NCBI RefSeq assembly: GCF_965232925.1
Contig: NZ_CBDDRA010000004.1
Coordinates: 4,222-26,407 of the forward strand
Direction of reading: 5' to 3'
DNA length: 22,186 bases
From: Tumidithrix helvetica PCC 7403
Lineage (GTDB): Bacteria; Cyanobacteriota; Cyanobacteriia; Pseudanabaenales; Pseudanabaenaceae
How positions within the stretch are numbered: the stretch's first letter is position 1; every line of letters starts with the position of its first letter. This document shows, piece after piece, positions 15,052-22,186 of this stretch. The notes under the pieces were generated by a model, which searched no databases, was not told the origin of the DNA, and saw only the letters and a program-made list of their open reading frames with translations. The position numbers and the translations under genes are program-made.

Positions 15052-16338
15052 CTACAAACCTGTAACTGGGGGTAAGTGGGGGGCAGAGATAAAGAAGCCC
15101 GTTAAAAAGCCCATAATCGTGGAGAAAGCTACCGAACCACCGCCGAGTTCGTAGGCTTCGGGCATCATCGTGCTGGCTAACATTGCCAAAATGGCTCCAC
15201 CTGACACAGCCTGAGCGAGAGCCACCACTAGCTCGGAAGTGTTTGCTGCTAGTATATTTCCCAAGAGCGCACAGAGTCCGCTCAGTACAATCACACCTGC
15301 CCAAAGCAAAATAATCCGAAGATTTTTTGTGCCTGCTTGCTTCATGCCAATCGAGCTAGAGAGCGCTTCAGGGAAATTAGAAATAAACACTGCCATCAAA
15401 AAAGACCAACCCACATGCCCTGGTTGCGCCGTCATCCCAATCACCGTGGATTCGGGAATGCCGTCAATTAACGTCCCTACCAAAATCGCCAAGGGAGCCG
15501 AACTTTTCACCAGCCCTTGAATCATTTTTTGTTCTTCGGAAGGGGAGAGATCGATTTCCACGCTATCGATCGCTTGCTGCCGCCACAGGTCTAAATTTTG
15601 CTCTGCCTCAGCTCTTGATGCCGTCGTCGATCGCAGTCGCTTGGCTAGGGCTCGACTGAGCGCATTGGAAATACTGGGGGATTTCAACAGCACATCATCG
15701 AAATGCTCTTGTTTGAGTTGATAGACATCCATATCTGTACTCGCCACCACTGTGGCCGATCGCGGTGCGCTGTTCAGCAATGCCATTTCACCAAATACCT
15801 CCCCTGCGCCAAGGGTCGTCATCACCTTTTCCCCTTTCTTCACCTCAGCTTCACCATGGATGATCATGTAGAATGAATCCCCCTGATCGCCTTCATGAAA
15901 GAGGGTTTCACCTTCCTTGACCGTGATTGGTTTCAGCAAAGGTACGATCGCTTGGGCTTCTGAAGGCGGCAAATTTTGCATCACCTCGACATGGGCAATG
16001 CGATCGAGCACATCACCCGTTTCTTCTTGGCGGTGTTCAAACAAATAGCGGCGGCGAGAAGAAGCTTTACGCAAAAAGCCCCCTTTATCATCGACAAAGC
16101 GGGTAATACCAATAAATAGCCCCCCACCAATCAAAAAACCGATCAACAGGGGTAAAAAGCCACTTTCTCGATAAGCACTAATGGTGGTTTCAAAGGCAAG
16201 CGCAGACAGTAACGTACCACTGCCAAATGCCATAATTGCGGCGGATAGGACTCGGCTCGGTTGCCAAACAATGCCCAGCAACGCACCCAATCCCGAACTC
16301 AACGCTGCCAGTAATCCCTGAAGAAAAGCATCTAGCAT
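15052..16338 (-). CDS. ZIP-like (ZupT/GufA-like) membrane protein with a cyclic-nucleotide-binding domain inserted in the central cytoplasmic loop
   Basis: About 3 N-terminal TM helices. A cNMP-binding beta-roll (FHEGDQGDSFYMIIHGEAEV ... GEVFGEMALLNSAPRSATVVA). C-terminal TM bundle with ZIP-like motifs LIDGIPESTVIG and AVFISNFPEALSSS. Confidence 0.7.
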   Translation of the reverse strand: MLDAFLQGLLAALSSGLGALLGIVWQPSRVLSAAIMAFGSGTLLSALAFETTISAYRESGFLPLLIGFLIGGGLFIGITRFVDDKGGFLRKASSRRRYLFEHRQEETGDVLDRIAHVEVMQNLPPSEAQAIVPLLKPITVKEGETLFHEGDQGDSFYMIIHGEAEVKKGEKVMTTLGAGEVFGEMALLNSAPRSATVVASTDMDVYQLKQEHFDDVLLKSPSISNALSRALAKRLRSTTASRAEAEQNLDLWRQQAIDSVEIDLSPSEEQKMIQGLVKSSAPLAILVGTLIDGIPESTVIGMTAQPGHVGWSFLMAVFISNFPEALSSSIGMKQAGTKNLRIILLWAGVIVLSGLCALLGNILAANTSELVVALAQAVSGGAILAMLASTMMPEAYELGGGSVAFSTIMGFLTGFFISAPHLPPVTGL

Positions 16339-16453
16339 AGGTATCTACTTAGAACCTAGATATTCTATCGCGAGTCCTATCGGAGTTTCTGTTCGTTACG
16401 TCTTAAAATTATCCGCGATCGCCAGTTTATTTTCATTAAAATTCCTATGAATC

Positions 16454-16483
16454 GGGCATCTAGTGCGATCGCACTAGATGCCC
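16454..16483 (-). terminator. Perfect 30-bp palindrome GGGCATCTAGTGCGATCGCACTAGATGCCC centred on a HIP1 site; probable terminator after the A-T-TE gene
   Basis: Read directly. The 15-bp arms are exactly complementary. It lies about 58 nt downstream of the stop at 16541 and upstream of the ZIP-cNMP gene start (16338). The T-tract on the minus strand is weak (GATTCATAGGAATTTTAATG). Confidence 0.45.
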
Positions 16484-16540
16484 AAAATACTGTTCTTGGC
16501 GAATTATATGGAGTTTGACAGCCCAAACAATATTTTGCGA

Positions 16541-19150
16541 TCAAACATGGGCATAGAGTTTTGGACGATATCGGCTTTGGGCTCGCTCTAAACAGAGATT
16601 AAAATCTTTTGCCAATGCTGCGACATGGGGTTCCTGAAACATCAATGGATGAGATCCAGGTACATCAAACATTTCCAGTGGTTCAGAAGTCCTTTTGCTC
16701 CAAGATTTATAATGCGCCACGATCGCCCATTCTTGGTAAACCTCGCGATCGGTAGGTTGAAAGAAGGTGATTTTTCCCGAATAAACCGATGGGTTATAGA
16801 TCTTCGTCGCCTCTCGATGCGCCGCAATCAGCTCTGAGTTTCGTAAAGGATTGGCAATAAACTCAATTGCAGTAGATTTTTGAAAATACTTAGCGACGCG
16901 ATCGTATAAATATTGGAAGCCAAACTGAAGCGTATAACGGAAGTGACGGGCAACCTTTTGATGCAATCGAAAAGGCTGGCGATCGCCCTCGGCAAAGGTA
17001 TCAAATAACGCCAACAGCGCTACCTCTTCATGATTTCGGTGTAGTTGTTGGGCAATCTCAAAGGCAACAAGTCCACCAAACGAATATCCCATCAGGTAAT
17101 AAGGTCCCTCTGGTTGAATTGTCCGAATCTCGGCGAGATAGCGTTCAGCCATGGCTTCTACCGTACTTAGGTGTGGCTCTTGTTTGTTATACCCCTGCGC
17201 GACTAAACCGTAAAAGGGCTGATCGGAACTTAAGTGATTGGCAAACTGGCGATAGCACATGGCTCCGCCGTAAACATCATGAATTCCAAACAACGGGGGC
17301 TTACTACCATCTGGCTCGATCGCAAGGAGCAGAGAGTGCGTGTCAAAGGTTGATGTTTCTTGTTGCGCGAGAATATTGGCAAGATTTGCGATCGTCAGCG
17401 TTTTGAAGATGGTGTCAGGAGCCAAAACGGTATTAAAAGCTTTTTCAATTTGAGTTAGTAAGCCTACTGCCTGTAGCGAATCTCCTCCTAAAGCAAAGAA
17501 ATTATCGTCAATACCAATCTGTTCGACGCCCAACACATCAACCCAAATTGCGGTTAAGGTTTTCTCAACGGAGGTCTTGGGGGCTACAAATTCCTGCTTG
17601 AGATGAGATGCCAAGACTTGAGCTAGCCCAATTCGCTGGACTTTTCCATTTGTACTCTTTGGAAGGTCGTCTAGGAATACAATTTGACTGGGAACCTTAA
17701 AGCTGACTAATTGTGTAGAGGCAAATTCTCGGATTTCTTCGACTGTAGCCGATATGTAAGGCTTTAAAACCACGGCAGCGGCAATGTCTTCACCCAAGCG
17801 AGGATGGGGTACGGCAAACGCCACTGCTTGGGCAATCTTTGGATGTTTTAACAGCACTTGGTCTATTTCGTTAGGAGCAACTTTTTCACTACCGCGATTG
17901 ATTAATTCCTTAATGCGACCGATCAAAAAGAGATAACCATCCTCATCCAGATAGCCCCGATCGCCTGTCCTAAACCAACCATTTGTAAACCCTTGACTAT
18001 TTGCCGTTGGATTTGCTTCATAGCCGTTAAAGACATTGGCTCCTTGCGTGACAATTTCTCCCGCTTGATGGGGCTGTAAGAAGTTACCAGTTTCATCCAC
18101 GATCGCAATTTTGGTATTGACGGCTCTACCGACCGAGCCAACTTTGCTCTGAAGTGGTGGAAGGGAATGACAGGCAATCTGATAAGCTTCTGTCAATCCA
18201 TAGGCTTGCGTAAAGGTTGCACTAAAAGTGTTTTCTAACTCATAAATCAAATCGGAAGAGATGGCAGCAGAAGATGAACGGATTAATCGCAACGAGCACT
18301 GACGCAGATCTCGATCTTGCTGTTTTGCCGCAGCGATCGCGGCTTGATGCAAGGTGGGGACAGATGTATACCAAGTCGGTTGGAACTCTTCTAGCCAATC
18401 AAAAAAGTGATTTGGGTTAAACCCAGGTGTGGAAACGACACTCGCACCAGCACCGATCGATGACAATAAGGCTCCCAATAGTCCATGACTATAAATGAGA
18501 GGCATGACGATCAGACCGCGATCGCTCGGTTGCAAGTTCAATGCCAAGCGAATATTCCTTGCGGCGCTACAGAGATTGAGATGGGTCAGTGGAACTATTT
18601 TGGGCTGTCCTGTCGTACCCGATGTATGTAAAATCAGAGCTTGGTCATTGGGTTCTATAATATGCGGCTCAGGTGCTGGTTGACTAGCTTCTCCAGCTAA
18701 TAGAAAACAGCCTGCATCTCGATCTTCTAAAGGAATTAGTTCAATGATTTTAAGTTGGCAAGCCTTAGCAGCCTCTCTAGCAGAGGGGTTTAGCCCTTCT
18801 CTAACAATCAGGAACTTAATCTTAAAAGTGGTAAAATATCGTTCGAATTCCGCTTGGGTAAATCGAGGGTTTAGGGGAGCGCTGACCGCACAAGAGCTAA
18901 TAGCAAGGAAGGCAACTGCCATTTCTGGACTCTCTGGAAGCACAAGGGCAACGCGATCGCTTCTACCCACACCCATTCTTCTGAGTATCTCTATGGTTCG
19001 ATCGATCTGAATCTTCAAGCTTCCATAGGACAGAGGATCTCGAGACGGAGCAAGTATAGCCGTTGCTTCTGGTGTTTTTTTATCCCAAATAGCCACCATT
19101 TCATAGATAGTTGAGAACTCTGCATTAGGATTGGCGTTCAATGTGTTCAT
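16541..19150 (-). CDS. NRPS-like tridomain enzyme: adenylation (ANL) - thiolation (PCP) - thioesterase
   Basis: A domain: LHTSGTTGQPKIV, YGLTEA, GEIVTQGANVFNGY, WFRTGDRGYLDEDGYLFLIGRIKELINRGSEKV, PKSTNGKVQR. PCP: FFALGGDSLQAV (Ser558, codon about 17477-17479). TE: GYSFGGLVAFEIA (GxSxG, Ser690). Confidence 0.9.
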   Translation of the reverse strand: MNTLNANPNAEFSTIYEMVAIWDKKTPEATAILAPSRDPLSYGSLKIQIDRTIEILRRMGVGRSDRVALVLPESPEMAVAFLAISSCAVSAPLNPRFTQAEFERYFTTFKIKFLIVREGLNPSAREAAKACQLKIIELIPLEDRDAGCFLLAGEASQPAPEPHIIEPNDQALILHTSGTTGQPKIVPLTHLNLCSAARNIRLALNLQPSDRGLIVMPLIYSHGLLGALLSSIGAGASVVSTPGFNPNHFFDWLEEFQPTWYTSVPTLHQAAIAAAKQQDRDLRQCSLRLIRSSSAAISSDLIYELENTFSATFTQAYGLTEAYQIACHSLPPLQSKVGSVGRAVNTKIAIVDETGNFLQPHQAGEIVTQGANVFNGYEANPTANSQGFTNGWFRTGDRGYLDEDGYLFLIGRIKELINRGSEKVAPNEIDQVLLKHPKIAQAVAFAVPHPRLGEDIAAAVVLKPYISATVEEIREFASTQLVSFKVPSQIVFLDDLPKSTNGKVQRIGLAQVLASHLKQEFVAPKTSVEKTLTAIWVDVLGVEQIGIDDNFFALGGDSLQAVGLLTQIEKAFNTVLAPDTIFKTLTIANLANILAQQETSTFDTHSLLLAIEPDGSKPPLFGIHDVYGGAMCYRQFANHLSSDQPFYGLVAQGYNKQEPHLSTVEAMAERYLAEIRTIQPEGPYYLMGYSFGGLVAFEIAQQLHRNHEEVALLALFDTFAEGDRQPFRLHQKVARHFRYTLQFGFQYLYDRVAKYFQKSTAIEFIANPLRNSELIAAHREATKIYNPSVYSGKITFFQPTDREVYQEWAIVAHYKSWSKRTSEPLEMFDVPGSHPLMFQEPHVAALAKDFNLCLERAQSRYRPKLYAHV

Positions 19151-19467
19151 AGATTTACAAGAAAAACAAGTGGTGCCAAGACTTAAATTGTTTTTCGTAC
19201 AATATCCATTTCCCCAAGCGAAACTAGCCCAAAGCCCTGCACTAAAAGTACATGACTTAAGGTGTTACACCCCTTAAAAGCGGCACTATGACTACTGTAC
19301 AAAACTAAATCAAGCAAAGAACTCCCCAATGCATCCCGACTTTTAGGATGGCGATTTTACAAATTTATTGGGTTTTTAGATGCCTTAATATTGAGTGCTT
19401 GACATCTTTTTACTCTAAGCCATTTGTACTACCTTATCAACTGTATTTAGTTAGTGGATAGTCATTC

Positions 19468-19502
19468 AAAAGTTATCTAAAAGTTATTTGAAAAGTTATC
19501 TA
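19468..19502. repeat. Three direct copies of AAAAGTTAT(C/T)T spaced 11-12 bp apart, a candidate protein-binding array in the 515-bp divergent intergenic region
   Basis: AAAAGTTATCT (19468), AAAAGTTATTT (19479), AAAAGTTATCT (19491), read directly. The array is followed immediately by a HIP1 site. Confidence 0.8.
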
Positions 19503-19665
19503 TAGCGATCGCGAATCATTTTTTTGAATTCCGTTGAGCAGGACTATCTAAGAAAGTCCATTTTACATTGGGAAGATTTAGGATTTCATTCAGCAATGTT
19601 ATGATGATTGGCATCCAAGTTATAGAAATACGGCTATATATTGATTAGGCTGCGAGGCTGAAGGG

Positions 19666-20097
19666 ATGGAAGAGTTGCTAGAATTGCGGACTTTGCTGAT
19701 GGGTGGGCATATCACCGATGCTCTGTTGTTAGTCGATGAGATGACTGAGATGAGTAAGGATGACAAGCTGAATAAAATTTATAGCTTTGCCAAGGTCTTG
19801 CTGCTCCATCTCATTAAACAACAGGCAGAAAATCGCACTACGAGGTCGTGGGATCTGTCGATCAAAAATGCGGTTAGAGAAATTCAGCGGACTAATCAAC
19901 GGCGTAAGGCTAAAGGGAATTATTGCGAACCTTTTGAATTGCGCGAGACGATAGAAGATGCCTATGACATCGCGTTAGACGCGGCGGCGGGTGAGGTTTT
20001 TGAGGGGAGATATGAGGCTGATGCTCTGGGGGCGATGGTCGATCGCGATCGCACGATCGATTATGCGATCGCTTTAATTTCTGGAGATGATGCGTGA
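19666..20097 (+). CDS. DUF29-like helical protein (tentative)
   Basis: VDEMTEMSKDDK...LLLHLIKQQAENRTTRSWDLSIKNAVREIQ...EDAYDIALDAAAGE resembles the DUF29 pattern (EEIESLGK...LLGHLLKW.YQP..RSRSW..TI...R..I...AY..A...AA.ET). It lacks the usual N-terminal YxxDFYxW segment. Confidence 0.5.
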   Translation: MEELLELRTLLMGGHITDALLLVDEMTEMSKDDKLNKIYSFAKVLLLHLIKQQAENRTTRSWDLSIKNAVREIQRTNQRRKAKGNYCEPFELRETIEDAYDIALDAAAGEVFEGRYEADALGAMVDRDRTIDYAIALISGDDA

Positions 20098-20158
20098 GCG
20101 ATTGAGGTAAATTGTCGATCGCGATATACTAAAAATCACAAATTTCTTAGATTTTTAT

Positions 20159-20578
20159 ATGGCAGATCCAGTAACGCTCACAGCCGCAGGTATAGCCGCT
20201 TTAGCTTTTGACAAAGCTTTTGGAAAAACAATCGAAAAATTGACTGAGGGGGCGATCGCGAAAATCACCCCTTTGCTTACGAGTTTGCAACAAAAGATTC
20301 TTGCTCGGTTTAAGGGAAATCCTAAAGCTGAAGATGCTGTCTTAAAAGAAGATGTGGAACGAGTCGCTGCTTATTTGCAAGTGATGATGGATAACGATCC
20401 TAAGTTTGCTCAAGAGGTCGAACAACTTGCTACGGAAATTCATCAAGAGATTAATATTGGTGAATTTGAAGATAACAGCAGTATGACGCAAATCAATCGA
20501 GATCAGAGTACTAACTATCAGACTAAGACAGGGTTGGGAAATACTAACTATTTTGGTGGTACGCATCATCATAGTTGA
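20159..20578 (+). CDS. 139-aa helical protein with a hydrophobic first helix and an Asn/Gln/Gly/Thr-rich tail; possible detached N-terminal effector/adaptor module of the downstream STAND NTPase
   Basis: MADPVTLTAAGIAALAFDKAFGKTIEKL..., a helical middle, and the tail QINRDQSTNYQTKTGLGNTNYFGGTHHHS. The TGA stop at 20576-20578 is in frame with the NB-ARC coding frame that follows. Confidence 0.6.
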   Translation: MADPVTLTAAGIAALAFDKAFGKTIEKLTEGAIAKITPLLTSLQQKILARFKGNPKAEDAVLKEDVERVAAYLQVMMDNDPKFAQEVEQLATEIHQEINIGEFEDNSSMTQINRDQSTNYQTKTGLGNTNYFGGTHHHS

Positions 20579-20641
20579 CCAGAGCCGTCTGAGTCGGGGG
20601 CGCGGACAAAGTTAGAGGCTCCCAAGATAATTCCTAGTAAC

Positions 20642-22186
20642 GTGCGACAGGGTTCCAAAAACTTTGTAGGGCGAGAGGAAGAACTTGCAGAAATTCACGC
20701 AACACTGCAAGAGGGGCAGGGTGTCATCGTCTGTGCGGTGGAGGGTATGGGTGGTGTCGGTAAGACCGAACTTGCCCTGCAATATGCGACTCGCTATCAA
20801 CAGGAATATGTGGCGCGGTACTGGTTGTCCTTGCGAGAGATGGGATTGGCTCAGGCATTGGTGACTATGGCTAGTCCTTATCTTGCCTTACCCGAATCGA
20901 TGCAGTCAGCTAGCCTAGACGAACAAGCGGCATGGTATTGGCAAAACTGGTTGCCTGAGTCTGGCAAGTTATTGGTGATTCTTGATGATGTGCCAAATGC
21001 GGAGAGCATTCCTGATCTGGCGATGCCCATCGATCCGCGTGTGCGGGTGTTGGTGACGACGAGAGAACGGGAATTGAATGTGGGTTTTGAGTCTGTGCCT
21101 CTGGATGTGCTGTCAGAGGGCAAAGCACTGGAACTGTTAAGGAAAATAGTTGGCGCGGCAAAGGTAGATAAAGAACTTGTCACCGTCAAGGAGATTTGCG
21201 AAACTCTGGGCTATTTGCCTTTGGGTATAGAGTTAATCGGTGAATATCTAAGCAAAAATCGCTTTCTGACTTTTGCCAAGTTACAAGAAAGGTTAAACCT
21301 AGCTGATGAATCAATTGCGCGGGAACGCAAGCATAGGTTTTATGCCCATCGTGGTGTGGAAGCAGCAATCCAACTGAGTTGGGATGATATCAGTACTGGC
21401 TCTCAGAGAGTGGCGATGTTGTTAGGACTGTTTGCTCCTGTTGAGATTTTGTGGGAGTTGGTGGAAGCAATTGGAGCAAATGCCGAAATTACGGAAGCAG
21501 AACTCAATGAGGCTAGAGGACAGCTAGACAGTTTGCATTTAATTCAACCAATTGATGAAGAATGTGACTTTTATAAGATTCATACCCTAGTCCGCGAGTT
21601 CTTTCGTGCCAAGCTATTGAAAGCAGAAGAAAATTGTCAGTTTCGGCAAGCATTTGTAACCAGTTTGCTGAGAATTGCTAAACAGATACCCCAATCACCA
21701 ACGCAAGATCTGATTGCAAGGGTAGCTCCTGCTATTCCTCATTTAGATTTGTTGAGTCGCGAAATGCTGGGTGATATTCTCCATCTTGAAGAAGACTTGT
21801 CTTGGGCATTTATAGGAATTGCGTGGTTTTACGAAGGGCAAGGAATCTATGCACTGGCGGAAGATCCATGTCAAAGATGGTTGAAAGCTACCAAAGAACT
21901 GTTAGGTGATCGCCATCCCGATGTCGCGACCAGTATCAACAACCTCGCATTGCTGTGCTATTCGCAAGGAAAATATGAAGAAGCGGAACCACTACTTAAA
22001 CAAGCAGTGGCGCTGTTTCAAGAACTGTTTGGTAATCGCCATCCCAATGTCGCGATGAGTCTCAACAACCTCGCAGCGCTGTATCGTTCACAGGGTAGAT
22101 ACGAAGAAGCGGAATCACTGTTTAAACAAGCGCTGGCACTGTGGCAAGAACTGTTAGGTGATCGCCATCCCGATGTCGCGACCAGT
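20642..22186 (+). CDS. NB-ARC (STAND, NLR-like) NTPase with C-terminal TPR repeats, 3' end beyond the window, start uncertain
   Basis: Absent from the ORF track because there is no stop in the window. The frame is open from 20579 to 22186. FVGREEELAEIH, Walker A GMGGVGKTELA (20744 onward), Walker B LLVILDDV, RVLVTTRE, GLPL-like GYLPLGIELIG, then 42-aa TPRs (HPDVATSINNLALLCYSQGKYEEAEPLLKQA...). The first canonical start after the upstream TGA is GTG 20642. There is no in-frame ATG before the P-loop Met at 20747. Confidence 0.85.
   Translation, partial: MRQGSKNFVGREEELAEIHATLQEGQGVIVCAVEGMGGVGKTELALQYATRYQQEYVARYWLSLREMGLAQALVTMASPYLALPESMQSASLDEQAAWYWQNWLPESGKLLVILDDVPNAESIPDLAMPIDPRVRVLVTTRERELNVGFESVPLDVLSEGKALELLRKIVGAAKVDKELVTVKEICETLGYLPLGIELIGEYLSKNRFLTFAKLQERLNLADESIARERKHRFYAHRGVEAAIQLSWDDISTGSQRVAMLLGLFAPVEILWELVEAIGANAEITEAELNEARGQLDSLHLIQPIDEECDFYKIHTLVREFFRAKLLKAEENCQFRQAFVTSLLRIAKQIPQSPTQDLIARVAPAIPHLDLLSREMLGDILHLEEDLSWAFIGIAWFYEGQGIYALAEDPCQRWLKATKELLGDRHPDVATSINNLALLCYSQGKYEEAEPLLKQAVALFQELFGNRHPNVAMSLNNLAALYRSQGRYEEAESLFKQALALWQELLGDRHPDVATS
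21896..22186 (+). repeat. 126-bp (42-codon) tandem TPR coding repeats with near-identical DNA
   Basis: GAACTGTTAGGTGATCGCCATCCCGATGTCGCGACCAGT occurs identically at 21896-21934 and 22148-22186, 252 bp apart. The intermediate unit at 22022-22060 differs at a few bases. Confidence 0.85.

Noticed and set aside
6952-19150. Treating the free C domain and the A-T-TE gene as one contiguous NRPS biosynthetic gene cluster
   Set aside because: They are separated by about 8 kb of apparently unrelated housekeeping-type genes on both strands (GST-like, EEP, ferredoxin, RodA, SIMPL, ZIP-cNMP). A functional link is possible and is listed as a hypothesis, but a single cluster is not supported.
20576-20578. 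Selenocysteine recoding of the in-frame TGA between the 139-aa ORF and the NB-ARC frame
   Set aside because: By eye I find only weak, bulged pairing (GAGCCGTC...GAC...GGCTC) downstream, with no convincing SECIS-like hairpin at the expected distance. Nothing about a linker position in a STAND protein suggests a redox-active Sec. Readthrough, a split gene or a pseudogene are more plausible.
1-22186. Searched intergenic regions for tRNA, rRNA, tmRNA, riboswitch-like or transposase/IS features
   Set aside because: No cloverleaf-compatible sequences, rRNA-like stretches, terminal inverted repeats with a transposase ORF, or recognisable riboswitch cores were seen by eye. Absence cannot be proven without covariance-model scans.

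Overview
This looks like a cyanobacterial chromosomal segment. A manual scan found about 40 exact copies of the HIP1 octamer GCGATCGC, roughly 1.8 per kb. I count about 20 protein-coding genes and see no rRNA, tRNA or CRISPR array. (1) The left 5.3 kb is a tightly packed minus-strand block. It holds a stand-alone receiver domain followed by six redox genes: a Rieske oxygenase, a ferritin-like diiron protein, an AurF-like diiron oxygenase, a 2Fe-2S ferredoxin, a second Rieske oxygenase, and a partial FA-hydroxylase/sterol-desaturase-family gene that runs off the window and is absent from the ORF track. Two junctions are ATGA start/stop overlaps. This is my best candidate for an undescribed pathway. 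(2) The middle holds housekeeping-type genes: GuaB-type IMPDH, a Grx/GST-like protein, a lipoprotein EEP nuclease/phosphatase, a plant-type ferredoxin, a RodA-like SEDS protein and a SIMPL protein. Interspersed with these are a stand-alone condensation-domain acyltransferase, a decayed Uma2 endonuclease remnant beside an AT-rich orphan gene, a ZIP-like membrane protein with an inserted cNMP-binding domain, and an orphan A-T-TE NRPS-like enzyme whose A domain looks like an acyl-CoA synthetase. (3) The right end starts with a DUF29-like gene. Next comes a 139-aa helical protein with an Asn/Gln/Gly-rich tail. It lies in the same reading frame as an NB-ARC + TPR STAND (NLR-like) NTPase that runs off the window, and only a single TGA (UGA-C context) separates the two. 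All functional calls rest on motif recognition by eye; no database search was possible.
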